Assembly (NCBI GenBank): GCA_000806155.1
Contig: JWKX01000012.1
Coordinates: 5,563 to 69,562 of the forward strand
Source of the DNA: an archaeon GW2011_AR18
GTDB taxonomy: Archaea; Nanobdellota; Nanobdellia; SCGC-AAA011-G17; GW2011-AR18
DNA length: 64,000 bases
Direction: 5' to 3'
Within the stretch, counting starts at the first letter, position 1. The number at the start of each line of letters is the position of its first letter. Shown piece by piece: positions 18,025 through 28,425 of the stretch. The position numbers and the translations under genes are program-made. The notes beneath the pieces are model-generated. The model saw nothing but the letters and a program-made list of their open reading frames with translations. It was not told the DNA's origin and ran no database searches.

Positions 18025-20631
18025 ATGATTAAAATTAAAGATAAGCCAGACAGCTCTAAAGATATTAAGGAATTATTGCATCCTTTTGTCAGAGAATGGT
18101 TTTTTAAAAAATTTAAGGATTTTTCATTACCGCAATTATATAGTATAATGGAAGTTCATTCTAGAAATAACATTCTAGTTTCAGCCCCGACTGGAAGTGG
18201 TAAGACATTGTCATCAGCATTAGCTATTTTAAATGAATTAGTTGATTCTAGTGAGAAAGGAATTCTTAAAGATAAGGTTTATTGTATCTATGTTAATCCC
18301 CTTAAAGCTTTGTCAAATGATATTAACATTAATCTGCTTAGACCGTTAAAAGAGATAGAAGAAATTGCAGGCAAGGATTTAGGAATAAGAATTGGTGTAA
18401 GGACAGGTGATACAACTCAGGCAGAAAGATCTAAGATGTTGGCTAAGCCTCCGCATATACTTATTTGTACTCCTGAAAGTTTGGCAATAATGCTTTCTTC
18501 AACAAAATTTAGGGATCATATTAAGAATGTTGATTGGTTTATAATGGATGAAGCGCACGCTCTTGCTGAGAATAAACGTGGTGTTCATTTAAGTTTGTCA
18601 GTAGAAAGACTTCAGAATTTATCTCCTGGTATGTGTAGGATAGGTCTTTCAGCCACAATAAGTCCTTTAGATGAAATTGCTAAATTTTTAGTAGGCTCAG
18701 ATAGAGATTGCAAGATTATTGATGCTCGTTTCAATAAAAATATGGATTTAAAAGTTCTATCTCCTGTTGATGATATTGTTAATTCTAGTTTTAATTCTAT
18801 AAATAATGAAATGTATAAAATGATTGATAAATTAATTCATGAGCATAAAACTACTCTTATTTTTACTAACACTCGTAGTGCTACTGAAAGAGTTGTTCAT
18901 CATTTGAGGACTAATTTTCCTAAAAAATATACTGAAATAATAGAAGCAGAAGGTAAAGAAGATAAAGTAACAAATCTTATTGGTGCTCATCATGGTTCTC
19001 TGAGTAAGGAGCATCGATTTAAAATTGAAGAATCACTTAGACAGGGTAAACTAAAAGCAATTGTTTCTAGCACCTCATTGGAACTCGGGATTGATATAGG
19101 ACATATTGACTTAGTTATATGCTTAGGTTCTCCTAAATCTATTGCTCGCCTAACGCAGAGAACTGGTAGAAGTCAACATAAGATTGATGGTGTTACTAAA
19201 GCTCGTATTATTGTTACAGACAGGGATGATCTTATTGAATGTTCTGTCATGAGTAAATTTGCTATTGAAAGAAAGATTGATAGTATTCATATTCCTACTA
19301 ATTGTCTTGATGTTCTTGCTCAGCAGATTTATGGTATCTCTTTTGAACAGGTTTGGGATATTGATAAATTATTTAATTTAGTTAAGTCTAGTTATTGTTA
19401 TTCTAATTTATCTAGAAAAGATTTTGATGAAGTTATTAGTTATTTAGCTGGCGAATTTGCAACTCTTGAAGATCGTCATGTTTATGCTAGGATTTGGAAA
19501 AATGAAGGTAAGATTGGTAAGAAAGGTAAACTTGGCAGAGTTATTTACATGACTAATATTGGCACTATCCCTGATGAGTCTTATGTTACTGTTAAGATTG
19601 GAGAAGAGGTATTAGGTCATATTGATGAAGGTTTTTTAGAAAAACTTAAGCCTGGTGATATTTTTGTTCTTGGAGGTTCTACTTATGAATTCAAGTTCTC
19701 CCGTGGTATGGTTGCTCAGGTTAAATCTGCTGCTGGTCGTAAGCCTACTATTCCTTCTTGGTTTTCTGAAATGCTTCCTCTATCTTTTGATCTTGCTGTT
19801 GAGATTCAGAGATTCAGGAAATTAATGGACGAGAAATTTAAATCTAAAAAATCTAAAACTGATATTATTAAATTTATTAATGAATATCTTTATTTAGAAG
19901 ACAAAGCTGCTGATGCTATCTATAATTATTTTAATGAACAATTTAATTATTTAGAGATTCCTAATACTGATAAATTTATTGTTGAGCAGTATAGAGATGA
20001 AGATGGTAAAACTTATATCTTATTCCACTCTCTTTATGGTAGAAGGGTTAATGATGTTTTATCTCGTGCTTTAGCTTTTGCTATTGGTCGTTCACAGCAT
20101 CGTGATGTTGAGATTGGTATTAATGATAATGGTTTTTATGTTAGTTCTGATCACAGGATTAATGCTATTCAGGCTTTTAATTTAATTAAATCTAAAGATA
20201 TTTACAGTCTGTTGTCTTTAGCTATTGATAAATCTGAAGTTCTTAAACGTAGATTCAGGCATTGTGCTTCCAGAGCTTTCATGATTTTAAGGACTTATAA
20301 AGGTTTGACTAAAAGAGTTGGTCGTCAACAGGTTAGTTCTATGATTCTTATGAGTGCTGTCAAATCTATTAGTGAAGATTTTTGTATTCTTAAAGAAGCT
20401 CGTCGTGAAGTTCTTGAAGATCTTATGGATGTTCAGAATGCTAAAAAGATTATTGAGTTGATTGAATCTGGTAATATTAAGGTTAAGGAATTTAATACTA
20501 ATATCCCTAGTCCTTTTGCTTTTAATCTTATTCTTCAAGGTTATTCCGATATTCTTAAAATAGAGGAACGTCATGAGTTTTTGCAGAGAATGCACACAAT
20601 GGTCAAGGCTAAGATTAGTTTAAAGAAATAA
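18025..20631 (+). CDS. lhr: Lhr-type large DEAH-box ATP-dependent helicase
   Basis: APTGSGKTL Walker A, FIMDEAHAL DEAH box, QRTGRS motif VI, long C-terminal WH/domain-4 extension. Start placed at M16 (MIKIKDK). Confidence 0.8.
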   Translation: MIKIKDKPDSSKDIKELLHPFVREWFFKKFKDFSLPQLYSIMEVHSRNNILVSAPTGSGKTLSSALAILNELVDSSEKGILKDKVYCIYVNPLKALSNDININLLRPLKEIEEIAGKDLGIRIGVRTGDTTQAERSKMLAKPPHILICTPESLAIMLSSTKFRDHIKNVDWFIMDEAHALAENKRGVHLSLSVERLQNLSPGMCRIGLSATISPLDEIAKFLVGSDRDCKIIDARFNKNMDLKVLSPVDDIVNSSFNSINNEMYKMIDKLIHEHKTTLIFTNTRSATERVVHHLRTNFPKKYTEIIEAEGKEDKVTNLIGAHHGSLSKEHRFKIEESLRQGKLKAIVSSTSLELGIDIGHIDLVICLGSPKSIARLTQRTGRSQHKIDGVTKARIIVTDRDDLIECSVMSKFAIERKIDSIHIPTNCLDVLAQQIYGISFEQVWDIDKLFNLVKSSYCYSNLSRKDFDEVISYLAGEFATLEDRHVYARIWKNEGKIGKKGKLGRVIYMTNIGTIPDESYVTVKIGEEVLGHIDEGFLEKLKPGDIFVLGGSTYEFKFSRGMVAQVKSAAGRKPTIPSWFSEMLPLSFDLAVEIQRFRKLMDEKFKSKKSKTDIIKFINEYLYLEDKAADAIYNYFNEQFNYLEIPNTDKFIVEQYRDEDGKTYILFHSLYGRRVNDVLSRALAFAIGRSQHRDVEIGINDNGFYVSSDHRINAIQAFNLIKSKDIYSLLSLAIDKSEVLKRRFRHCASRAFMILRTYKGLTKRVGRQQVSSMILMSAVKSISEDFCILKEARREVLEDLMDVQNAKKIIELIESGNIKVKEFNTNIPSPFAFNLILQGYSDILKIEERHEFLQRMHTMVKAKISLKK

Positions 20632-21438
20632 TTATTCAAATCTTAGGGTATTCATAGTTTGAAATATTTGTTTATGATATGCTTTTAAGAAGTTTATGTC
20701 TCCCTGTATTAATTCTCTTTTTACATTAGCACTATTTTCTACATTATTTTCCAATTCAGCTAAAGCAATATATATCTCTTTATACTCTTCCTGCAAATCT
20801 GAGAAATTTCCTTTACCTCTTAATTTGTATGCTCTAAAATCGCTTACTAATTTTCTTGCACGCATATCCAACGCTCTGAATTCTTTTTTGTAGTCTTCTG
20901 TTATTCCTGCACTTTTAGCATTGTTTATTTTTATTTCAGGCTTTTTTTCAACTTTTGGTTTTACACTTGTACTTCCAGCATCAGTTCTTGTTCTCACTTG
21001 TGGTTGTGTTTTAACTGCTTCTCTTTTTTTCTTTAAATCAAATTCATCTTTCAGTTTATTTATTTCTAATGCAGTATTATCTACTTCCTCTTGTATAATA
21101 TGATTTTCAGGCAATGATATTTTTATTCCTAAGAATTCTTTCTCTAAATTTTTTGCTTGATCTAATAATGATAATCTTCTTGTTCTGTTTGTAATTGGTG
21201 TTGATTCAGCAGTTTTTCTTAATGTTTTTGATATATTTGCTATTTCTATTAACCTATCTCTTGCTTTGACTTCAGCCTCTATAACTTGTACCTGTTCTGT
21301 TCTATCTTGTTTTTGTTCTATTGGTTTTGGTGGCCTGTTTAAAATTCCTATTGTTCCTAAAAATGCTGTTAGTCCTACAGCAGCTAGAAACCATTTACCC
21401 CAAGAACCTCTTCTTTTATCTTTTACTACTCTTGCCAC
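20632..21438 (-). CDS. hypothetical membrane-anchored coiled-coil protein
   Basis: N-terminal TM (WFLAAVGLTAFLGTIGIL) followed by a charged coiled coil. Confidence 0.4.
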   Translation of the reverse strand: MARVVKDKRRGSWGKWFLAAVGLTAFLGTIGILNRPPKPIEQKQDRTEQVQVIEAEVKARDRLIEIANISKTLRKTAESTPITNRTRRLSLLDQAKNLEKEFLGIKISLPENHIIQEEVDNTALEINKLKDEFDLKKKREAVKTQPQVRTRTDAGSTSVKPKVEKKPEIKINNAKSAGITEDYKKEFRALDMRARKLVSDFRAYKLRGKGNFSDLQEEYKEIYIALAELENNVENSANVKRELIQGDINFLKAYHKQIFQTMNTLRFE

Positions 21439-21527
21439 ATATTATTCTGTAAATATGTAATTAATAAATCTTTTCTTATAGTATTTTCAATAGAAATCTT
21501 TTAATAATACTTTACTTCTGATTATTT

Positions 21528-22982
21528 ATGCTTTTTAGTAACATAAAAGATGGTGACACTTATAGGTATTTAGTTAATGGTAAGTGGGAGAAATCTTCTT
21601 CTAAGGATTTAATTGAAGTTTACAACCCTTCTAATGGTAGGATTTTAGCTAAATTGCAGTCTTTATCCAAATCAGATATTGATGATGTCCTTAAAAATTC
21701 TAAAGTCTCTCAGAAGAAATGGAAGAATACTCCAGTTAATGAAAGAGCCGATATTTTGATGAGGGCTGCTGATCTTATTGTCCAAAATGCTGAATTATTA
21801 TCTGATTTATTATCTAAGGAAATCTCTAAACCTAAGCATCTTGGTATGCACGAGGTTATGCGGACTGCTGATCTTATTAGAAGTACAGCTGAGGAAGGTT
21901 TAAGGTTGCATGGTGAATACTTAGATGGTAATGCTTTTTATCACTCTGCTAAGAAAAAGAAAGCTTTGGTTGATCGTGAACCTTTAGGTGTTGTCTTAGC
22001 TATCTGTCCTTTTAATTATCCTGTTAATCTCTCTTTTAGTAAAGTTGCTCCTGCTTTGATTTCTGGTAATTCAGTAGTTCTAAAACCTAGTACTCAGGGT
22101 GCTTTATCTGTTCTTCATGTTTCTGATTTATTCTCTCAGGCAGGTCTTCCCCAGGGTGTTTTGAATGTTGTTACTGGTAAATCTTCCTCTATTGGTGATT
22201 ATTTATGTTCTCATAAAGATGTTAATATGATCTCATTTACTGGTAGTACTTCAGTTGGCAAGCATATTGCCTCTATTTCTGGTATGAAGCCTTTGATGAT
22301 GGAGCTTGGTGGTAAGGATGGTGTTATTATTCTTGATGATGCTGATTTGGATCTTGCTGTTAAGGAATGTGTTCAGGGTGTTTATTCTTATTCTGGTCAG
22401 AGATGTACTGCTGTTAAGAGGATTATTTTGGTTGAAAAGATCGCTAATGTTTTTGTTAAGAAGTTTGTTGAGGAGACTAAGAAACTTAAGACTGGAGATC
22501 CAGATGAAGATGTAGTAGTTTCTCACTTGATTAACCGTGATGCTGCTGATTATATTAAATCTTTAATTGATGATGCTGTGAAGAATAAAGCTAAATTAAT
22601 TCTTGATGGTAAGCGTAAATATAATCTTTACTATCCTGTTATTCTTGATAATATCACAAGTAAATGTAGGATTTTTTATGAAGAACAGTTCGGTCCTGTT
22701 GCCTGTATTATTAGGGTTAAAGATGAGAAAGAAGCTGTTTCTGTCTTGAATGATTCTAGTTATGGGCTTCAAGCAAGTGTTTTTACTAACAATCTTGATA
22801 AAGCTTTTAGTATTGCTTCACAATTAGATGTTGGTGCTGTACAGATCAATGGTAAGTCTGATCGTGGTCCTGATAATTTCCCTTTCCCTTGCATTAAAGA
22901 TTCAGGTATTGGGGTTCAGGGTATTAAATACTCTATTGAGTCTATGACAAGATTGAAATCTATTGTTTTGAATTTTAAATAA
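21528..22982 (+). CDS. gapN: NADP-dependent non-phosphorylating glyceraldehyde-3-phosphate dehydrogenase (aldehyde dehydrogenase family)
   Basis: Colinear with GapN: YRYLVNGKWE, FNYPVNL, FTGSTSVG, ELGGKD, SGQRCTAVKR (catalytic Cys), FPFPCIKDSGIGVQG. Confidence 0.8.
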   Translation: MLFSNIKDGDTYRYLVNGKWEKSSSKDLIEVYNPSNGRILAKLQSLSKSDIDDVLKNSKVSQKKWKNTPVNERADILMRAADLIVQNAELLSDLLSKEISKPKHLGMHEVMRTADLIRSTAEEGLRLHGEYLDGNAFYHSAKKKKALVDREPLGVVLAICPFNYPVNLSFSKVAPALISGNSVVLKPSTQGALSVLHVSDLFSQAGLPQGVLNVVTGKSSSIGDYLCSHKDVNMISFTGSTSVGKHIASISGMKPLMMELGGKDGVIILDDADLDLAVKECVQGVYSYSGQRCTAVKRIILVEKIANVFVKKFVEETKKLKTGDPDEDVVVSHLINRDAADYIKSLIDDAVKNKAKLILDGKRKYNLYYPVILDNITSKCRIFYEEQFGPVACIIRVKDEKEAVSVLNDSSYGLQASVFTNNLDKAFSIASQLDVGAVQINGKSDRGPDNFPFPCIKDSGIGVQGIKYSIESMTRLKSIVLNFK

Positions 22983-22984
22983 TC

Positions 22985-23452
22985 TTATATCGCTTTGATT
23001 TCTTTTGCAATATTCATAATTTTTCTAAAATTTCCTTTTTTATCAAAAACATTAATTATTTTAGCATTAATATCTTTTGGAACATTCCATTTATCTAATG
23101 CACTCATCTGTTTTTTAAGTATTCTATTATCGAATGTTTTGCGTTGCATGGTTATTCTTCTTGCAGAATTTTTATTCCCATCAAACCAAAAAGTTCTAAA
23201 TCCATATTTATTTAAATAATTTACAACGTTGATAGTTTTTTTGTCAGGACTAAATCCCCATGTTATTATAATGTGCTTATTATTTTTAAAATTTTTAGCA
23301 ATAAAATTATCTGCATTTTTAATTATTTTTGATGTTCTAGAGTATTTTTCCATATCAAAATGTTTGTATTCGTATTTACTCTCAAGGAAATTACCTATTG
23401 AAGTTTTTCCTACTCCAGGTATTCCTGCAATTAATATTAATTTACGTTTCAT
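22985..23452 (-). CDS. P-loop NTPase / small nucleotide-kinase-like protein
   Basis: LIAGIPGVGKTS Walker A; 155 aa. Confidence 0.5.
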   Translation of the reverse strand: MKRKLILIAGIPGVGKTSIGNFLESKYEYKHFDMEKYSRTSKIIKNADNFIAKNFKNNKHIIITWGFSPDKKTINVVNYLNKYGFRTFWFDGNKNSARRITMQRKTFDNRILKKQMSALDKWNVPKDINAKIINVFDKKGNFRKIMNIAKEIKAI

Positions 23453-23573
23453 TATAATCTTAAATCAAAACACTTAATAAAAATTTGTTTTTTTGGTTTT
23501 ACTTTATATTTAACAATTTAAATAAACTTATATATTAATAAATCTTTAAATAAATAAAATGGAGGTGTATTGA

Positions 23574-23927
23574 ATGAGTGTACAAAAAACTTATGCTTTA
23601 GTTTTAGGTTTAGTCTTAGCAATAGTAGGTGTCTGGGGTTTATTCTCTGATAGTATTCTTGGATTGTTCAATGTTAATCTTTACCAGAGTATTTTATATT
23701 TGGTTGCTGCTGCTTTTGGTATTTATGCTGGTGTGAAAGGAACTGGTCATACATATAATCTTGTGTTAGGTTGGATTGCTTTTGTTTTAGCAGTATTAGG
23801 TTATGTTCCAGTTGCTAAAGATTTATTATTAGAATTCCTTAACATTAATATCTGGACTACATATTTGCATCTTGCTATTGGTGTTTTATCTTTGGCAGTT
23901 TATTATGCAACCAAGAATGAAAACTAA
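23574..23927 (+). CDS. DUF4383-like polytopic small membrane protein
   Basis: Four predicted TM helices; GGAGGTG RBS upstream. Confidence 0.4.
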   Translation: MSVQKTYALVLGLVLAIVGVWGLFSDSILGLFNVNLYQSILYLVAAAFGIYAGVKGTGHTYNLVLGWIAFVLAVLGYVPVAKDLLLEFLNINIWTTYLHLAIGVLSLAVYYATKNEN

Positions 23928-24102
23928 ATTTTTTTATTTTTTTGGTTCTTTTATTTTATTTTTAGGTATTCTTTGGATGTTTATCCCTCATGCTTTCCAT
24001 TATAGGATGTTCTCTGCTGATTATCACTTATTTCATATTTTAGGAGGTTTCTTTATCTCTGTTATTGGTCTTTTGATTATGATACTTTCAAATAAAAAAT
24101 AA
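23917..24102 (+). CDS. small two-TM membrane protein
   Basis: MKTKFFYFFGSFILFLGILWMFIPHAF..., 61 aa from the internal Met. Confidence 0.3.
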   Translation: MKTKFFYFFGSFILFLGILWMFIPHAFHYRMFSADYHLFHILGGFFISVIGLLIMILSNKK

Positions 24103-24158
24103 TCTAATTGTTATTTTATAGGAGAGAAATCAATTTAAATGAAAAATGTTATCCAATA

Positions 24159-24572
24159 CAAATGACAAGACATAGTTACCTTTCACAGATAGTTGCTTAT
24201 ACTGGATTAGTGCTCTCTTTATCATGTGGTGATAAGAGCTCTAATAGTGTGCATGATGATGATCCTTGTTTGATTAAAGCTAAAAATGGTGCTGTTGTTG
24301 ATGCTTTTGGTACTGATTCAGAAAATAGTTCAATTGATCCTTTTACCTTCTGTGTTGGGTATGCTTCTCATATTGAAGGAAGATTGGAAAAATGTTTAAC
24401 AAGTGCTGATGGAGAACCACAAGTATGCAAGATAGGAAGAAGAGATGACGGAGCTAGTGTTACAACATTGGAATTTGCTGTTGTTTGTTCTGATAATATT
24501 GAAGCTATGGTATCTAGTTATGATAATGGTTTTAAATATTTCTGCGGGCCTGTAACTGAAGTTGACCAATAA
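24159..24572 (+). CDS. hypothetical secreted cysteine-rich protein (possible lipoprotein)
   Basis: Hydrophobic leader ending LSLSCGD; 8 Cys. Confidence 0.35.
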   Translation, partial: QMTRHSYLSQIVAYTGLVLSLSCGDKSSNSVHDDDPCLIKAKNGAVVDAFGTDSENSSIDPFTFCVGYASHIEGRLEKCLTSADGEPQVCKIGRRDDGASVTTLEFAVVCSDNIEAMVSSYDNGFKYFCGPVTEVDQ

Positions 24573-24613
24573 TAGAAACCTTTATTAAATTCTGATTATT
24601 AACTATTGTTAAC

Positions 24614-25198
24614 ATGGTTCAGTCTCAAACTCAATTAATATCTAAAGATTTGCCTATTGGTGAATTTGTTGAAAGATTCTCTTCAGTGATTGATGTCCTT
24701 ACAGATGAAGGTGTCCATTGTGTTGGTTGCGGTGCATCTACTTTTGAGACTATTGAGCAAGGTCTTATGTCTCATGGTAAGTCTGTTGAGGAAGTTGATG
24801 AATTCATTAATAGAGTCAACAACGTATATTCAGAACGTGAAGCTTCAAGAGTTAATAATAAACCCTCTGATGATTTGGATGTTATAATCACTGATAAAGC
24901 TGCTATTAAATTAAAAGATATATTGAAATCACAGAATAAAGAATCTTATAGTCTGAGAGTTCAGGTCCTTAAAGGTGGTTGTTCTGGTAATAAATATGGT
25001 TTCCAGATTACTGATGTTATTAATGTTGATGATAAAGTATACAATGTTGAAGGTGTTAAGTTTTTGGTTGATGCTTCTAGTTTAAAATTATTAAATGGTT
25101 CTAAAGTTGATTATGTAGATAGTCTGCAGGGTGCTGGTTTTAAGATTTCTAATCCTAATGCTAAGAAAAGTTGTGGATGTGGCGAATCTTTTAATTAA
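24614..25198 (+). CDS. DUF1858 redox-disulfide domain fused to an IscA/HesB-type Fe-S cluster insertion protein
   Basis: N-terminal HCVGCG; C-terminal IscA signature KKSCGCGESFN. Confidence 0.7.
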   Translation: MVQSQTQLISKDLPIGEFVERFSSVIDVLTDEGVHCVGCGASTFETIEQGLMSHGKSVEEVDEFINRVNNVYSEREASRVNNKPSDDLDVIITDKAAIKLKDILKSQNKESYSLRVQVLKGGCSGNKYGFQITDVINVDDKVYNVEGVKFLVDASSLKLLNGSKVDYVDSLQGAGFKISNPNAKKSCGCGESFN

Positions 25199-25422
25199 GC
25201 TCTTCCTCTTTTAGTTAAATTTTTTTCTGCAAAATGTGATTTTCCGCTTGTTGGTACTTCTCTTCTATAATCTCTATCAGGAGTTGCATTTTCTATTAAA
25301 GCTGCGACTTTTTCTATAGCTTTTTGAATCTGGACTTTTAATTCAGGTTCTTTTGTTCTTGTCTGTATTCCTACTAATTCAACAATTAATGTTGATAATG
25401 CCATTTTTTCTTCAGTATTCAT
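25195..25422 (-). CDS. hypothetical protein
   Basis: 75-aa ORF between the IscA-like and Grx genes. Confidence 0.25.
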   Translation of the reverse strand: MNTEEKMALSTLIVELVGIQTRTKEPELKVQIQKAIEKVAALIENATPDRDYRREVPTSGKSHFAEKNLTKRGRA

Positions 25423-25461
25423 ATTATATCTTTAGAATTATTTATTTTTAAATATTTGTAT

Positions 25462-25770
25462 TCACTTCAATAACTCTTGTAGTTCACCAGAATTATACAT
25501 TGCCTCTGTTATATCACATCCGCCTATGAATTTTTCATTTATATATAATTGCGGTATTGTCGGCCAGTTTGAATATTCTTTTATTGAATTTCTCATTGTC
25601 TCATCTTCTAATATGTTATAGCTTCCAAATTTTACATTTAATGATTTTAATATCTGTACAACTCTCATTGAAAAGCCGCACTCAGGATATTCTGGTGTCC
25701 CTTTCATGAATAAGAATACTTTTTCTGATTTTATCATTGATTCTATTTTGTGTTTTGTTGCTTCATCCAT
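25462..25770 (-). CDS. monothiol glutaredoxin (CGFS type, Grx4/Grx5 family)
   Basis: KGTPEYPECGFSMRVVQIL with the CGFS active site, WPTIPQLYINEKFIGGCDI. Confidence 0.85.
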   Translation of the reverse strand: MDEATKHKIESMIKSEKVFLFMKGTPEYPECGFSMRVVQILKSLNVKFGSYNILEDETMRNSIKEYSNWPTIPQLYINEKFIGGCDITEAMYNSGELQELLK

Positions 25771-25796
25771 TTTTAACCTTGCATTTATGCAATTCT

Positions 25797-26051
25797 CTAA
25801 TCTGTTTTTGTTATTATTGATAATGCGTGCACTAGTTCTTTATTAAAACTTTCTCCTAATGCTTTATACACCATTCTGTGTTGTTCTATTAAGCTTTTAT
25901 CTTTGAATCCTTTATATTTTATTATTGCCTGTAGATGTACTCCGTCTTCTCTCGGATCTAATATCTCTACTTCTGCTCCTTCTAGTCCTCTCTCTATTAA
26001 GTTTTTTATCTCATTCACACTTAATGGTTTTTGTTCATAATCATGTTTCAT
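25797..26051 (-). CDS. BolA family protein
   Basis: VHLQAII...HRMVYKAL...HALSIITKT BolA motifs; directly upstream of the CGFS glutaredoxin. Confidence 0.7.
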   Translation of the reverse strand: MKHDYEQKPLSVNEIKNLIERGLEGAEVEILDPREDGVHLQAIIKYKGFKDKSLIEQHRMVYKALGESFNKELVHALSIITKTD

Positions 26052-26101
26052 ATATTATTGGGTTACATAATGCTTATTAATATTTTCCTTATGTTCATAG
26101 T

Positions 26102-27067
26102 ATGTTGATTAATGACAAAATATATGGAGAATTTAATATTTCAGAACCAGTACTTGTAGAATTGATTAGATCTGATGAGATTAGAAGATTAAGAAAAATA
26201 AATCAGGTTGGTTTGTTGGATAAGCATTGTGATCATCCTAACTTCAAGAGATATAATCATTCTATAGGTGTGATGTTATTATTGAAAAGGTTAGATGCCT
26301 CTCTCGAAGAACAGATTGCTGGTTTATTGCATGACGTATCTCATACTGCTTTTTCTCATCTTTATGATTGGGTTGTAGGTTCTAATGCTGATGAAGATTT
26401 CCAGGATAATAATCATGATGGATTTTTAAGAAAATCAAGTCTTCCTCAGATACTCTCTAATCACTGTTTTGATATTTCTGATATTAATGGTCTGGAAAAG
26501 TTTACTTTATTAGAATCTCCAGCTCCTGCTGTCTGTGCTGATCGTATTGACTATTCTTTAAGAGAGTTCCAGTCATGGGCTAATCCTGGTGCAGTCCAGA
26601 CTTGTCTTAATAGCTTGGTTAATCATGATGGTAATATTGTTTTTGACTCTTTCAGACCTGCTTATATTTTTGCTATGACTTATATGAAATTACAGACAGA
26701 ACATTGGGCTTCTGCATCTCAGGTCCTAAAATTTTATTTATTTGCTGATGCATTAAAGACTGCTATTAATAATGGTGTGATTACTCATGAGGATTTTATG
26801 GTTGATGATGAACATGTCATGAAAAAGATTTATTCTGCTGATGATAAAGGAACTAATGATGCTTTGGCTATTATCAAAAGGGATATGAGATTTGAAGAAG
26901 TTAATGAAGGTGGTATTTTATTGCCTGAGAAAAAATTCCGTTATGTGGATCCTCAGTTTTTAAGAAATGAGATTTATAGGTTAAGTGAAGTAGATAAGGA
27001 TTATAAGAGGTTGATTGAATCTGAAAGAATTAATAATTCTAGAGAACTTAGAGTTAGGTTAATCTAA
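26102..27067 (+). CDS. HD-domain metal-dependent phosphohydrolase
   Basis: HSIGV...LLHDVSHTAFSH (H..HD..H) motif. Confidence 0.65.
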   Translation: MLINDKIYGEFNISEPVLVELIRSDEIRRLRKINQVGLLDKHCDHPNFKRYNHSIGVMLLLKRLDASLEEQIAGLLHDVSHTAFSHLYDWVVGSNADEDFQDNNHDGFLRKSSLPQILSNHCFDISDINGLEKFTLLESPAPAVCADRIDYSLREFQSWANPGAVQTCLNSLVNHDGNIVFDSFRPAYIFAMTYMKLQTEHWASASQVLKFYLFADALKTAINNGVITHEDFMVDDEHVMKKIYSADDKGTNDALAIIKRDMRFEEVNEGGILLPEKKFRYVDPQFLRNEIYRLSEVDKDYKRLIESERINNSRELRVRLI

Positions 27068-27183
27068 CAGCACGGCTCTTTGTATCCGCAGTTACGACAT
27101 ATAGCATCTTTTCTTCCTGCTATTCCTATCATCTCATTGCTACAATTAGGGCAATCTTGTTTTTTTACTTCGCAATTATTCAT
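27064..27183 (-). CDS. putative 39-aa zinc-ribbon micro-protein
   Basis: MNNCEVKKQDCPNCSNEMIGIAGRKDAICRNCGYKEPCC: CxxC...CxxC; overlaps the HD gene stop. Confidence 0.2.
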   Translation of the reverse strand: MNNCEVKKQDCPNCSNEMIGIAGRKDAICRNCGYKEPCC

Positions 27184-27260
27184 TAATCATTATTTGTTTT
27201 GTTTATTTATAAAAACTTCTCTTCAATTAAATATATAAATAGTAATTCTCTGGTTTTAGT

Positions 27261-28382
27261 ATGGATAAAAAAGAGTTTAAAGTCACACCTTGGGAAGTTT
27301 CAGGTAATATTGATTATGATAGATTAATCAAGGATTTTGGTGTTGAAAAGATTAATGATACTATTCTTTCTAGAATAAAAAAACACACTAAGGATCTTCA
27401 TTTCATGCTTAATAGGAAAGTTTTTTTTGCTCATCGTGATTTGAATTGGTTATTAGATGAATACGAAAAAGGTAATAAATTTTATTTATACACTGGTAGA
27501 GCTCCTTCAGGTCCTGTTCATCTTGGTCATTTACTTCCTTGGATTTTTACTAAATGGCTTCAGGATAAATTTGATGTTGAATTATGGTTTCAATTTCCTG
27601 ATGAAGAGAAATTCTTATTTAAGGATAATCTAAGTTTTGATGATACTGAGAAGTTCTTGCATGATAATATGCTTGATGTTATTGCTTTAGGTTTTGATCC
27701 TAAAAAAACTAAATTTATTGTTGATACTAAGAATGCTAATTTGATGTATAAAGAAGCTTGTAAAGTTGCTAAAAAAATTACTTTCTCTCAGGTTAAATCT
27801 GCTTTTGGTTTGAAAGATGATTCTAATATTGGTGAAATATTTTATACTTCTATGCAGACTGTCCCTGCTTTCCTTCCTTCTGTTTTAAAAAATAAAAAAA
27901 TTCCTTGTCTGATTCCTCACGCGGTCGATCAGGATGTTCATTTCAGAGTTACGAGACACGTTCTTCCTAAATTAGGGCATTACAAACCATCTAGTATACA
28001 GTGTATTTTTTTACCTCCTTTATCTGGTGTTGATGGTAAGATGTCAGCTTCTAATGAATCGTCTGCTGTTTACACTACAGATAGTATTGAAGTTGCTGCT
28101 AAGAAAATCCGTAAGTACGCTTTCTCTGGTGGTAGAGCTACTTTAGAAGAACATCGTAAACTTGGTGGCAATCCTGATGTTGATGTTAGTTATCAATGGT
28201 TAAGGATGTTATTTGAACCTGATGATAAAAAATTACAGAAAATTCATGATGATTATAAATCTGGTAAATTATTGTCTGGTGAGTTAAAAGAGATTTTGAT
28301 AGAGAAAGTTTCAGTTTTCTTGAAAGATCATCAGAAGAAAAGAGAATTAGCTAAGAAGAATATTGATAAGTTTTTATTATAA
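27261..28382 (+). CDS. trpS: tryptophanyl-tRNA synthetase (archaeal/eukaryotic type)
   Basis: VTPWEVSGNIDYDRLIKDFG N-terminal hallmark, YTGRAPSGPVHLGHLLP (HIGH), FTKWLQDKF, KMSASN (KMSKS). Confidence 0.9.
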   Translation: MDKKEFKVTPWEVSGNIDYDRLIKDFGVEKINDTILSRIKKHTKDLHFMLNRKVFFAHRDLNWLLDEYEKGNKFYLYTGRAPSGPVHLGHLLPWIFTKWLQDKFDVELWFQFPDEEKFLFKDNLSFDDTEKFLHDNMLDVIALGFDPKKTKFIVDTKNANLMYKEACKVAKKITFSQVKSAFGLKDDSNIGEIFYTSMQTVPAFLPSVLKNKKIPCLIPHAVDQDVHFRVTRHVLPKLGHYKPSSIQCIFLPPLSGVDGKMSASNESSAVYTTDSIEVAAKKIRKYAFSGGRATLEEHRKLGGNPDVDVSYQWLRMLFEPDDKKLQKIHDDYKSGKLLSGELKEILIEKVSVFLKDHQKKRELAKKNIDKFLL

Positions 28383-28425
28383 CTAAATACAAAATCTTTA
28401 TTAACCGTAAAACCAATACTAGCTT

